Origin: Callorhinchus milii
Taxonomy: Eukaryota
DNA length: 64,000 nucleotides
NCBI RefSeq assembly: GCF_018977255.1
Contig: NW_024704742.1
Location: 124,002,001-124,066,000 of the forward strand
Reading direction: 5' to 3'
Numbering within the stretch: the stretch's first letter is position 1; every line of letters begins with the position of its first letter. Below are positions 47,422-60,093 of this stretch, one piece after another. The notes below the pieces were generated by a model, which made no database searches, was not told where the DNA came from, and saw only the letters and a list, made by a program, of their open reading frames with translations. A program made the position numbers and the translations under genes.

Positions 47422-48210
47422 TCCCCCCTCCCCTCTCTCTCTCCCCTCTCTCTCTCCCCTCTCTCCCCCTCTCTCTCCCCCTCTCTCTCTCCCCTCTCTC
47501 TCTCCCCCCTCTCTCCCCCCTCTCTCCCTCTCCTCTCCCCCCTCTCTCCCCTCTCCTCTCCCCCCTCTCTCTCTCCCCTCTCTCTCTCTCTCCCCTCTCT
47601 CCCTCCGCCCTCTCCTCCTCTCTCTGCCCCCTCTCTCCCCTCTCTCTCCCCTCTCCTCTCCCCCCTCTCCTCTCCCCCCTCCCCTCTCTCCCCCTCTCTC
47701 TCCCCTCTCCCCCCTCTCCCCCCTCCCCCCCCTCTCTCTCCCCTCGCTCCTCTCCCCCCTCTCTCTCCCCTCTCTCCCCCCCTCCTCTCTCCCCTCCCCT
47801 CTCCCCTATCTCTCTCCCCTCTCCCCCCTCCTCTCTCCCCCTCCTCTCCCCCCTCCCCTCTCCTCCCCTCTCTCTCCCCCCTCTCTCTCCCCTCTCCTCT
47901 CCCCCCTCTCTCTCCCTCCTCTCTCCCCCCTCCCTCTCCCCTCTCTCCTCTCTCCCCCTCTCTCCCCCCTCCTCTCTCCCCTCCCTCCCTCTCCCCCTCT
48001 CTCTCCCCCCCTCCTCTCCCCCCACTTTCCATGGCTCCAAAAAAAAAAGGTCCCCTTTTGCAAAGCGACTCCACCGAACGATTTTTGTTCGGTGTTTCTG
48101 TTTTTTTTTTCCTCCTCCCTCCTCCCTCCTCCCTCCTCTCCTCCTCCTCCCTCCTCCCTCCTCTCCTCCTCCTCCCTCCTCTCCTCCCTCCTCCCCCCCT
48201 CCTCCCTCCG
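47422..48210. repeat. Long polypyrimidine (C/T) low-complexity tract in intron 1
   Basis: About 600 nt almost purely C/T (47422-48023), then a second CCT-rich block at about 48100-48210. Confidence 0.95.
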
Positions 48211-49069
48211 TTGCGCTGTCGTTCACTTTGTTTTTATTTCCAGCGCATTGACTTCCAAAGTTGCGCGTTCGCCATCCGTGTGTCAGGGTCGCCCTCGAAC
48301 CCCCCCCACACCCCCACACACACACCACCCCATCACCACCCCTCCTCCCTCCCTCCATCCCTCCCCCTCTGCTTTAAAGGTCGAAAGGATTTGGGACAGT
48401 TGTTGTGTTTGTGGATGGATCGCTGTTGAGCAGCAGAAGGAGTCGGTGCAGTCGGGAAGGTTTATTGGTGACGACAATGTTCTGATTGATTCAGTCAGGA
48501 ATGAAGGTTGTGCTGCAGCAGCAGTTTGCAGTGAAGTTTCCAGTGGATTTCAACGTGTGCCGTTGCACGACAGTAAAATAGAGACTGTGCCACAACCAGT
48601 CTCTGCGTCCTTTCCCTCCGCTGTATGTCTCTGTGACACCTGCTCGTGGTTTGCTGCAATGCTCCCAATGTCAGTTGATCCAATGCATCCAAGATTTTCC
48701 CTATAGCTGTGTGCATTGTGACAATAACAGTTGTGGAATTTGACCTTTTACATCATGAGCACAGCTCAAAAGCGCTTCCCAAGGATTTACCTTAAGATGC
48801 AGTCACTGTTTTGCAGGGTTAGCATATTATTCCTTGGATTCACTGCCGCTGGGTAGTGAGGTTTGAGTGGTAAGACGTGCTCCCATTTGCGGCAAATCTG
48901 ACATGCTCTATGACATCTTTCGGACAAATCTGTGAGGCGAGTGTTTTACAGCTTACAGTTGAACATTGAGGATTACACAAGACAAGCGGAGCCAACGTGT
49001 AGGGTTTTTCATTGTATTTTATGGAGTCATGCCTCACAGTTGTGCTAACATGGTTCAGGGCACATGACT

Positions 49070-51290
49070 ACTTTAGTTTTAGAAACCAGCAAAATAAAGC
49101 TAAAAAACTCATTAAGAGCGAGAAAAAGGAGTATGAGGGTAAGCGAGCCAGGAACATTAAGTCTGATTGTAAAAGTTTTTATAAATATATTGAGAGGAAT
49201 AGCCTCGTGAGGGTAAATGTAGGTCCACTACAGTCAGAGACGGGAGAAGTTGTAATGGGGGACAAGGACATGGCAGAGTCCCTAAATGGGTACTTTGCAT
49301 CTGTCTTCACATTAGAAGACACAACAAGTCTGCCAACAATAGAGATGCACCAAAGGGATAAGGACAGGGAGCAACTTAGGGAAATTTTCATGAGTAGAGA
49401 ATTGGTGCTAGGGAAACTGTTAGCACTAAAAGGTGACAAATCCCCTGGTCCGGATGACTTGCATCCCAAGGTTTTAAAAGAGGTAGCTTATGAGATAGTG
49501 GAGGCCTTATGTCTGATCTTCCAAAATTCCTTGGATTCTGGAACAGTCCCCATGGATTGGAAGATCGCAAATGTTACACCACTATTTAAAAAAGGTGGAA
49601 AGGAAAAGATGGGGAACTATAGGCCAGTTATTCTCACATCAGTGATAGGAAAAAAATTAGAATCGTTGATTAAGGATGTGGTAGTGCAGTATTTAGAGGA
49701 GCACAATATAATTAGGCCAAGTCAACATGGCTTTACAAAAGGGAAGTCATGTTTGACAAATCTCATAGAGTTTTTTGAGGACATTTCCAGTAAACTAGAT
49801 AAGGGTGAATCAGTGGATGTGGTCTATTTGGACTTCCAGAAGGCATTCGATAAGGTGCCGCATAAAAGGTTAGTCCAAAAAATAAGGGTCCATGGAATTG
49901 GGGGGAGCATATTAACGTGGATTGAGGAATGGTTAACGGATAGGAAACAAAGAGTAGGGCGGGATGGGATCAGTCCTTGGGCCTCAGGTATTTACCATCT
50001 ACATCAACGATCTAGATGAGGACATCGAAGTTAATATATCTAAATTCGCGGATGACACAAAACTAGGAGGAAGTGTCAACACAGAGGACAACATTAAAAG
50101 AATACAGCGAGACATAGATAGGTTAGGTGATTGGGCAGGTAGGTGGCAGATGAAGTATAATGTAGGGAAGTGCGAAGTCATCCACCTAGGTAGCAAAAAC
50201 AGTAGAGCGGGTTATTTTTTAGAAGGGGAGAGATTGGAATGTGTTTGCGTTCAGAGGGACTTGGGTGTCCTTGTACACCAATCACAGAAAGTTAGTCTGC
50301 AGGTGCAGCAGCAATTAGGAAGGCAAACGGTATGTTAGCATTCATTATGAAAGGATTAGAGTATAAGAGTAGGGAAGTCTTGCTGCAACTGTATAGGGCC
50401 CTGGTGAGACCACACCTGGAATACTGTGTCCAGTTTTGGTCTCCTCATTTAAGGAAGGATGTACTCGTCTTGGAGGGGGTGCAGCGTAGATTTACTAGGT
50501 TAGTGCCAGCGATGAAGGAGATGAGTTATGAGGATAGGCTGACCAATTTGGGCCTATATTCTCTAGAATATTAGAGTCCTGTAGCTCAGTGGTTAGAGCA
50601 CTTGCTTTGCAAGTGAGAGACCTGAGTTCAATTCCAGGCAGGGCGAAACCTTGGGCAAGTTTCCTTACTCCACACGTATAATAATAATCCCTCCAAAACT
50701 AAAAACAATAATAAAAAAAATTGGTCATTTTCAATCTACGACTGTTTGTGGGACATTGCTGTGCGCAATTGGCTGCCGCGTTTGCCCACAAATATACAGT
50801 CAATTCACTTTACAGTGTGTTCTGTGAAGCGCTTTGGGACGTCCTCCCGACGTGAAAAGTGCTATATCAAATGCAAGGATTATTAATATAGAAGCATTAG
50901 AGGGGATCTTATAGAAACCTATAAGATTATCAAAGGGCATGATAGAGTAGATAGTGGGAGATTGTTTCCCCTGGTTGGAGAAACTAAAACCAGGGGTCAC
51001 AACCTTAAAATCAGAGGCAGCCCTTTCACACTGAGTTGAGGAAGAACTTCTTCACTCAAAGGGTGGTGAATGTATGGAACTCACTACCCCAAAGGGCTGT
51101 TGACACTCAGTCCTTGAACATATTCAAGACTGAGATAGATTTCTTATTGCAAAAGGGATTAAGGGATATGGGGATAAGGCAGGGTCAGGTTATTAGCTGG
51201 AGGTAGATTAGAAGATCAGCCATGATTGAATGGCGGGGCAGGCTCGAAGGGCCGAATGGTCTATTCCTGCTCCTACATGTTATGGTACTA
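49070..51290 (+). mobile_element. 5'-truncated CR1 LINE (RT domain + 3' UTR), frameshifted and SINE-interrupted
   Basis: KSPGPDDLHP, NYRPV.LTS, QHGF.KGKSCLTNL, YLDFQKAFDKVPH, KFADDTKLGG, RPHLEYCVQFW and TRGH motifs; 3' hairpin/tail GGCTCGAAGGGCCGAATGG. A deletion removes the GVPQ segment near 49960. Confidence 0.95.
50574..50885 (+). mobile_element. Young tRNA-SINE inserted into CR1 with AATAT target-site duplication
   Basis: AATAT at 50567-50571 and 50885-50889; the CR1 frame LYSLEY/RS.RGDLIE resumes after the SINE. Confidence 0.9.
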
Positions 51291-53179
51291 TAGACTTAAG
51301 GCTAATATTACCCATATTTTCAGATGTTTCATATTAATTAAGGGATTGGACTATTCTAATTGATCCTAACATCCTTTTAGATGTCAATACCGGCAATCTC
51401 TTCCATGAAATATCCCAGAATCGCTCAAAGACCTGAATCCTTTATGAATATCTTCAGACAAATATCATTTCAATAAACATCAATTTGGTCGACGGGGGAA
51501 GATTGAACAGGAAAGTGTACTGCTCTTTGAAGTAGTGTCATGGAATTTCTAACATTCACCAGAATGCAATTTCTGTTTAACATTTAATCTCAAACATGCC
51601 ATCTCGGACAATGCAGCTCCTTCAGTAGTACATTGGAATGTCAATCTAGATTATGAACTCCTAACTACCTTTGTGGATAACATGAATCAAACTCCTTCCC
51701 TTCTTGCTTGATTTGCCATTCATTGTCACAGAAAATAAATTTATTGTCCTCTACATCTGTGTCCACTAATTCACATTTCAACTAATCCTAGAATCAGGAG
51801 AACATTTCACGCATAAACATTTAACATGTTAGTGATGGAATGGCTCCAAATCCTCACATAATCTTCACATTCCCAGTGTATGTTAAGTTTATGTTCTTTA
51901 TGTTCAGACTTTTTGCTGAACTTATCAGTAAATAAACATCTATTGTCTACAATAAATTTGATTATTTGTGTATGAAAATTCAGTATAATTAATGACCTAA
52001 TAAATCAAGATAGAAGAAGGGAAGGCTCCAGAAAGTACTTTGAAAGAAAGTATTTATGAAAGAAAGTACTCCCCCAGACACTGCGCATTCTTAAATATTC
52101 AGGTTAGTCTTCTGTTCTAGTTTGGAGTTGCATTGGATACACTGATTTACAGAGGCAGCTATTAAGCAGTGGAATTCCACTGCTGGTTGATACAGCTACA
52201 GTATTTGCTGAGCCAGTGGCAGCCTTTCACAGTTTGAGTACTTCCAGTTCAGTATCTAGGTTGTTCAAAGGTTGCTTTCACATTTCCAATGGAATGACTT
52301 ACTTGGGAATATAAAATATTTTGTCTGCATACGGGGCAGGTTACATTGGCTGATTGATCCTTGCAGAAGTGAGTTGCAGAGTAACATGTGAACAGAATTA
52401 GGCTGCACTCTGTTTTGGCTGCAGTTTATTATTGAAGATTATTACATTTTAAAGCATTTTTAAAATTGAAGTTTTTAAAGTTAGCGTAGCTAGAGCAGTT
52501 AACTACTGAACATACTGTAAATATGTTTCTGCCCTGGAGTTCTACTTATTGTTCTGCGAAGGGGGGCTGTGATTTTCAAAATTAATTTTGCTCCAAGTTC
52601 TGACCTATTTTTAGGACTCTTTCCAACAGGACAGTTGAGGATTACGGATGTCTCACCTAATTGTGATAAGTCTGGGATATATGCATAACAGTTTGAGATC
52701 TAGAGCGTGAATTTGGAATTTGACATAATTATTTCACATCCTCAAACATCTTATAATAGCCATTACTTGGCGGAAAAACATTTTGGTGAACAACATTTTG
52801 ACAGTTTTTTAATTTTGGATTGCTCTAATGCTGATCTAATGATGGAGGAACTAGTCTTTTCATTCACAAATGTTTGTAGGATTCCGTTCTCAATAATTTG
52901 TGAACATCTTTCAATGAAAATCGTGCTTGCGGCATTTTATTTCACTGTCTGCAGATTTGGCAGCATGTCCCTTGTCTAAACATGTTTTTTGAGAGTATTT
53001 ACATTCCAGCAATGTGGTGGATGTTCTTTCTTCAAGATACATTAGTTTATAAGTTTGATTAATGTAGTGCTGCTTTTCCATATTACAATATCTTTCCTTT
53101 TTTATACCTCGTATTGCAGTTCTCTTTAAGAAAAATAATGCGGCAAAATAATTGGGCATCCATAATGAACAGAATCAGA

Positions 53180-53535
53180 ACATAGGAACAGAAGTAGGCC
53201 ATTCAGTCCCTTGAGCCTGTTCAGCCATTCGTTTAGATTGTGGCTGATCTGTACCTCAACTACAATTACCCACCTTTATACCTTATCCCTCGATACCCTG
53301 ACCTAACAAAAATCTATTCAGTTCAGTCATGGAAAATTTGAATGGACCCAGCATCCACAAACTTTGGGGGAGAGAGTTCCAGATTTCCACTACCCGTTGC
53401 GTGAATAAATGCTTCCTGATTTCACTCCTAAATGGCCCAGCTCTAATTTTAAGATGTTGCCCCCTTGTTCTGGATTCCTTCACCAAAGGAAATAGTTTCT
53501 CTTTAGCTATCTTATCAAATCCCTTCATCAGTTTT
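53180..53535 (-). mobile_element. CR1 3' end
   Basis: MKGFDKI..EKLFPLV.ESRTRGQHLKI...FTQRVVEIWNSLP plus the 3' tail. Confidence 0.88.
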
Positions 53536-54529
53536 AATCACCCTGGTCAGAAGATTCAGTCAATTCAAGAGATCTTGAAAGGATACATATATAAACACAC
53601 ATAGGAAGTAAAAAAAAGGAGGGACAAATACTCCATGGATTATTTGAGCACTCTGAGACTATAAATGCACATTGTTGTTGATCTAGAACAAGCTTTCAGG
53701 GTTATGGGGAGAGCGCGGGGATGGGATTGAATTGGATAGCTCTTATCAAAAAGCTGGTACAGACACGATGGGCCGAAAGGCCTCCTTCTGTGTTGTGTAT
53801 TTCTATGATTCTCTCTATAGTGCTCTGTTCACGTTTCACCTGGTATACTGCATACAATTCAGGTCGGCACAATATAAGGGGGCTGCCCAGGCCTAGAGAT
53901 AGTATAGAGAAGAGCAACAAACTTGAACTGTTATTAACTATTTACAAACTAGAGCTTTTCAGTCTTCAAAAGAGACATCTCTATAATAATAAATATAATA
54001 ATAAATTCAATCCATGACTGTTTGTGGGACACTGCTGTGTGCAATTGGCTGCCACATTTCGCCCACCAAATATGCAGTCAATTCAATTTACAGTATATTC
54101 TGTGAAGTGCTTTGAGACGTCTCAAAGACGTGATATCAAATGCAAGGATTAGTATTATTATCTCAATAATATACACCTCATAGAGGTGTATAAGATTTTA
54201 AATCTGTTTGCTGTTAGCTCTTTTATTAAATGCAAATGTAACGCACATTGAAAGTAGTTCTCCATGAAGAAAAAATGAACATTTTTTAAAAATCAGAATT
54301 TTCATAGAACAGTAACAACTTGGACTTATATAGCGCCCTCCATGCAGGGTGGCATCTCAGAGCGCTTAAAACCATTGATTATTACAGCACAGAAGGAAGT
54401 CATTCAGTCCATCATGCCTGTGCCGGCTCTTTGAAAGAGCTATCCAACTCCCCCCCCCCCCCCGCTTTTACTCCATAGCCCTGCAAATGTTTCCAAATTC
54501 CCTTTTGAAAGCTACTATGGATTAGTTGT

Positions 54530-54735
54530 GTGCATATGTGACAGCAGGTTGAAGAGAGGCGCAGGCTCGGCTGTGACTCCTTCTACAGTTAAGTGACCTG
54601 CTGACACTCACCTCCAGGCTCGCATGTGAACAATGGCCGCTTGAGTAGAAACCCTGAGGTCAAACAGTACTCATTGAACTGTATTCCAGCATAAGGAGGC
54701 CAGATAGGAGCAGAGGCACATTGCTAATGGGCAGA
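54530..54735 (+). mobile_element. Possible ancient MER133/LF-SINE-like fragment
   Basis: GGCTCGGCTGTGA...GACACTCAC...GGCTCGCATGTGAACAATGGCCGCTTG resembles, from memory, ancient vertebrate SINE-like repeats; not verified. Confidence 0.3.
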
Positions 54736-55865
54736 AATAATAGATAAAAGACCCCATGAAAGTTTACAAAATATCTCAAATTGTACACTGTGAAGCATCC
54801 TTTTAGATTTGGGGTTTTCTTAAATACTGACTACTTGAAAGGATTTCTTCAACAATATAGTATAGTTTGGAGTAAAATATTCAAGCATATTTAGCTAATT
54901 GTCAGATAGTTTGCATTTATTTTTCAGCTTTTAATTGGGTGAAGTTTGTCATGTCAGTTCCATCACTGATGCTTATTTAGGATGTCCTCCCGTCATGAAA
55001 GGCACTATACAAATGTAATCTTGTTGTTAGTAAACATTTCAGCAAATCCCTACGTTAAGTGAAAATGAGTCAAATCTGACACTCGGTCCATTAGGTCTGC
55101 GCTGGTGATTTTCTTTTCTTTATCAACCATTTATCTAATTCCTTGTTAAAGGAATTTCTGGACTCTGATTCAACTGTTTTGCTTTTGGCAAAGAATTCCA
55201 CATTCCAACCACTCTCCTTCTGAAGAACAATTACACTCATTAATTCTTAGGAGCTTTGCTTAATTTGAGGTGACTATTGGTTCGTTGGTATGTTGGACAA
55301 TGACTTGATTTTATTGGAGCTCCAGGAAAGAGCAGATATCACCTGGAGGCCTAACTTCAGCTTCACTAAGGTGTGTACTTTGTTCCAAATAGACTTCATT
55401 AACCACTTCAGTTTTGAAAGCCAGCGCCAATGTTTAGTGTCTCGCTATTTGGCTACAAATATTCCGTCACTACACCTCGTGGTAAATTTTGAAGCACATT
55501 GAGACATTTTGATGACGTTATACAGCGTTATATCGAATGCAAGGATTATCATTATTTTCAGCACCCAAGCAACTGGCAATCCATTATAGTCAGGTGCATG
55601 TGTAACCTAAACGAATTACAAGTCCTTCATTTTGGTTTCAGTGCCACTGATTTATCAACAGTGGTACGTAGGGAGTTTTGGCCCACATGTTGGTGCCACT
55701 AATACTTGTTTTTCTAAATCGCCTTTCAAAAGTAGTACTGTGAATCTTGGAATGTTATTTGTGGTTTGATCGATTTATCTTATTATATTGACCAGAGTTC
55801 CAAATAGTGCTGTCATTACTCTGTGCAAAACATTTTATGGTGTTTGTGGTTTCTCTTTATTTCAG

Positions 55866-56029
55866 CGTCATTTTGGGGAGAGAGCTATGTGGAACTTAAA
55901 ACAGTGGAAGCCTCCAGCAAGACATCGTTCAGATTACGATTCCTTACCATAAAATCAAATGGACTGCTTTTCCTTGCAGCTGGGCAAACAGATTTCTGGT
56001 TGGTGGAGCTCCAGTCAGGGCATGTGCAG
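55866..56029 (+). CDS. CSPG4B: CSPG4-like gene, exon 2 (start of laminin G domain 1)
   Basis: tttcag| acceptor and CAG|gtatgc donor; 164 nt, phase 1 to 0. Encodes ASFWGESYVELKTVEASSKTSFRLRFLTIKSNGLLFLAAGQTDFWLVELQSGHVQ (compare CSPG4 ASFFGE...LLLLAAG). Confidence 0.93.
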
Positions 56030-56454
56030 GTATGCTGATTTAAAACATTTTTTAAAAATCTCTTGATCGATTGTGAAAATATGAGTGATTATAATTAAAG
56101 TGCAGCATAGATAATTTTCTGGAACATCTTAGCTGGTTATTTTGAATTTTTCTTACAGCAATTTTTTTGTACCCATCCACGGCCATGTGATGAAATGGAT
56201 TTCTTTACCACAGTATTCCTGTTATGCTACACATAAACTCCTTAGTTAGGTAAAGCATGGACAGAATAGCAGATTTTTCTCCGTTCTGCCTTGAAAATGC
56301 TCCTCAACTCCCATCTCAAAAGATTGTCCTTTTCTCTCGTCAGCCGTTCCTTTGGTAACACAGCATTCCAGTCATTCTTTTGATATAGCTAAGACTGCAA
56401 TTTTAGTTGTAGCTCCAGCAGGTCAGCTGGGTGTATTATCAGATAACCAATGCC

Positions 56455-57105
56455 ATACAAAACAACAATAAACTTACATTTGTACAGTGCCTTTCACATC
56501 GGGAGGACGTCCCAAGACGCTGGACAGTCAGTGTTTCAGACCGAGCTGGGGGTCGGGATCGGGGAGGGTGGAGGGCAGGGGGGAAGGAGGGTGACTGAAG
56601 GCTCGGTCGAAGAGGAGGGTCTTGAAGCAGGCAAGGGAGGGGGCGAGGGAGAGGAACTGCGGAATGGAGTTCCAGAAGGTGGGGGCAGAGTAGCAGAAGC
56701 CCCCCCTGCCATTGGTGGGACTGGCGAGGTAGGGGACGTGAAGCAGGCCAGAGCCCGCTGAGCGATAGGAGCAGGCCAGTTGGTAGGGGTTAGAAGGGCA
56801 CAGAGGTAGGAGGGAGCAAGGCCATGGAGAGCTTTGAAGGTGAGGACCAGGATCTTGAACTATATCCTCTATGTGATGGGAAGCCAGTAGTCGGGCGAGG
56901 ATGAGGGTGATAGGGTCACGGAGCCCGGTGCGGGAGAGGCCACGGGCTGCAGAGTTCTGGATGATCTGCAGCCTATGGAGGGAGGAGTTGAGGAGGTTGA
57001 CAAGCAAGGAGTTTGCGTAGTCAAGCCTGGATGTTATGAATGCGTGTATGAGGGTCTTGGCTGCCTGCGGTGTGAGACAGTGGCGGAGCTGGGCAATGTT
57101 GCGGC
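56455..57105 (-). mobile_element. L2 LINE 3' fragment with tail
   Basis: SRLDYANSLL...LHRLQIIQNSAAR...APTFWNSIP. Confidence 0.88.
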
Positions 57106-57149
57106 TGATAATGAATGATGCATTATCAGATAGCGGTTGCCATACAAAA

Positions 57150-57496
57150 GTAGTAATAAAGTAGTAGTAATAATAATAATAATAATAATAATCCTTGCAT
57201 TTGATATAGCGCTTTTCACGTCAGGAGGACGTCCCAAAGCGCTTCACAGAACACACTGTAAAGTGAATTGACTGTATATTTGTGGGCGAACGCGGCAGCC
57301 AATTGCGCACAGCAATGTCCCACAAACAGTCGTAGATTGAAAATGACCAATTTAATTATTGTTTTTGGTTTTTTGGAGGGATTATTATTAGGCGTGTGGA
57401 GTAAGGAAACTTGCCCAAGGTTTCGCCCTGCCTGGAATTGAACTCAGGTCTCTCACTTGCAAAGCGAGTGCTCTAACCACTGAGCTACAGGACTCC
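57150..57496 (-). mobile_element. Young tRNA-derived SINE
   Basis: Consensus-like full-length copy. Confidence 0.92.
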
Positions 57497-58139
57497 ACGT
57501 AGTACCAGCTGACCCACAAAAATTGTAATCAGTCCTGAATTATGCATAGTTATGTGCAAGGAAGTGAGTTGACTGTGCCTTGTAGAGCGTTTGCAGTCAG
57601 TGGAGATAAACCTTCATATCATCATTTTGGACTGAAATTGAATCCAGTTTTCAGATGTGAAAAGAAGTCATGTAAACCCAAAGTGTTTCCATTGAATGTT
57701 AATGAACTTATATTGGAAATCTCATAACTACATTAAATTAAAATTCTTCTTTCTGGATGTGTATTTTGTTTTTTTTTGCAACTTTTCTTCCCTTGCACTC
57801 TCCTGAAGACGTTTAATCTATTTTGCTTCTACTGCGGTACAGTTCATTGAGAAGTAGACTATTTTGACCCAGTGGCCATGTAAGCCTTGACTGTGAACAT
57901 TGACAGTCCATTCAACTAAATTTCACCTTGACTTAGCCTTAAGTCCATTGTCATTCAAACTTAATATGTTGTAGAATTTTGGGGGAAAGATTAAATCTAT
58001 GTTAATTTGGAAGATGGTTTTCTGCTGAGTTTGCCTAATGGGTACATTGCGTGTGGCAGTAATTATGTTTCAACTAAGATGCTATAAATTGCAAATTTAA
58101 AATTCTTTATTTCTTGTTCAAATGTTCTCATCTTTTGTT

Positions 58140-58705
58140 CTTGTTCTCATCCAAAACTCTGCAACTCGTGTACTCTCGCGCACCAGGCTCCGTGACCCCA
58201 TCACTCCCACCCTCGCCCGAATCCACTGGCTCCCCATCCCTCAAAGGATCGAATACAAGATCTTTGTCCTCACTTTCAAGGCCATCCATAGCCTTGCCCC
58301 CTCCTACCTCTCTGATCTGCTGACTCCCTACCAACCTGCCCGCTCCCTCCGTTCAGTGGGCTCCGGCCTGCTCCATGTCTCCCGCCCGACCCGCTCTACC
58401 ATCGGTGGCCGGGCTTTCATCCTCTCTGCCCCCACGCTCTGGAACTCCATCCTACGGTCCCTTCGCCTCGCTTCCTCCTTCAAGGCCGGTCTCAAGACCC
58501 TTCTTTTCAATCCAGCGCTTTCATGTCCTCCCGACGTGAAAGGCACTCTATAAATGTAATTTTGTTGTTGTTGTTGATCGTGCCTTTGGTCGCCCTCTCA
58601 CCTCTTTGCCTTCCCTCACCCCTACACTGACTGGTCAGTGCTTTGGGACATCCTCCCGACGTGAAAAGCGCTCTATAAATGTAATTTTGTTGTTGTTGTT
58701 GTTGG
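58140..58705 (+). mobile_element. L2 LINE 3' fragment with a second L2 tail nested inside
   Basis: IQNSATRVLSRTRLRDPITP..IHWLP; two CCCGACGTGAAA...ATAAATGTAATTTTG(TTG)n tails at 58515-58576 and 58640-58703. Confidence 0.88.
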
Positions 58706-60093
58706 ATTTTGCTTTTTTATGGTAAGGAATTCTAGTAACTTGACATAACAAGTCTCAAGAGGAGTTGAGGGGAAAATTCTTAAACGTGAGCAGCTGCAGC
58801 TATACCAGAAACATGATCCTACTATCTCTATTTTTAAATCTTTATGGACTTTGTTCTGGAGCTAAAGATTTTAACTGTGGGTGTATGAGAAATCAGTGAT
58901 TTCGTCCAGTGATTTTATCACATTTCATTAATGATGCATGCTGTGAATTCCTTGAATTATTGGAATGCGATTTTGTTTACAATTGTAAAACCAACCTTTG
59001 AAAGTTGCTCGGCTGGAATAGTTCATTAGTGAGTGAGACACTGTCGTAAAGCAGCACAAGGAACCCAAGCACCCAGCTAGTCAGATCCACATCAAATCTT
59101 ACGGGCTCAGCCTTTGCACTAGGTCTGGAGAGCAGCAGCTGCAGTCTAGACACCAGCGCAGTCACATTATTGTTTGTTTAAGAAAAAAATCAAAGGCATA
59201 AAGTTAATTGTTAGAATTGTTAGTTGTTAAATTGTTAGAAAAAGTGGTACGTAGAAATTGCTAGACAAAAAAAGACAAGATCCATCTAGTTCATCTTCTA
59301 AAATCCTGATAGTCTCATGCTGCAATAACAGAGACCGTTGGATAAAGAAACCCATTTATCCAAGCTTCATGAGCAGCAGGAAATGATTTTATGTTGAGAT
59401 GAATTTGCATCCTTTTTTTAATATATATATATATATATTTGGAACTTTGTTTTCTGTTTATAAAACTGTGACATGTTACACTGGAGTATTTCTTTAAAGA
59501 CCAAAAGTTGTGTTTTACATAAATGCAGGAAACCAGAGACAAACCATGCAGAACCTAGTGGGCAGTGGCCTTGTAAATACAGATGGATTTCTAGCTGCAA
59601 TCTTGACCAAATTGGGTAATTGTTAATTGTGAGTGGGCATTATACCTTTGGGCAGTTTAAAAGGTGTAATCTACATTAGATTGCTTCAGTTCGAAGTTCA
59701 AAGACAAGTATGAAAATCACAGTTGCCTTTGTGACTCAACTTTGCTGACTAATTCTCAGAGGGTTATTATCCTGGACGTTGAAATGGGCTACATATTATC
59801 AATGGATTTATCAAGTACTCCAAGATACTACCTGTGTAAAGCATGCTATATATATTATTGAAGAATTTTAGATTGAACACATCAGCAGATCCATGCATAG
59901 ACAAAATATGTTTCTCCCACGAAATACGCAGTCATTACACATTACAATATATTCTTTGAAGCGCTTTGAGACGTCTCAACATTGTGATAAGACGCTATAT
60001 CAAATGCAAGAATTATTACTCTTATTATAGACAAAGACAAAACTTTGTATCTGTTAAACAAATAATTTCTTTTTTAAATTGTTTCATTGTTAG

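Noticed and set aside
46973..48358. Long ORFs (461, 347 and 301 aa) rich in G/E/R or P/L/S
   Set aside because: Artefacts of the stop-free C/T low-complexity tract.
49012..50574. Reverse-transcriptase ORFs as a domesticated gene or retron-like system
   Set aside because: Ordinary 5'-truncated CR1 LINE with a deletion, frameshifts and a SINE insertion.
50574..50645. tRNA-Ala-like sequence with A and B boxes (also at 22228, 44766 and others)
   Set aside because: These are heads of a repeated SINE that continue into the SINE body; not called as tRNA genes.
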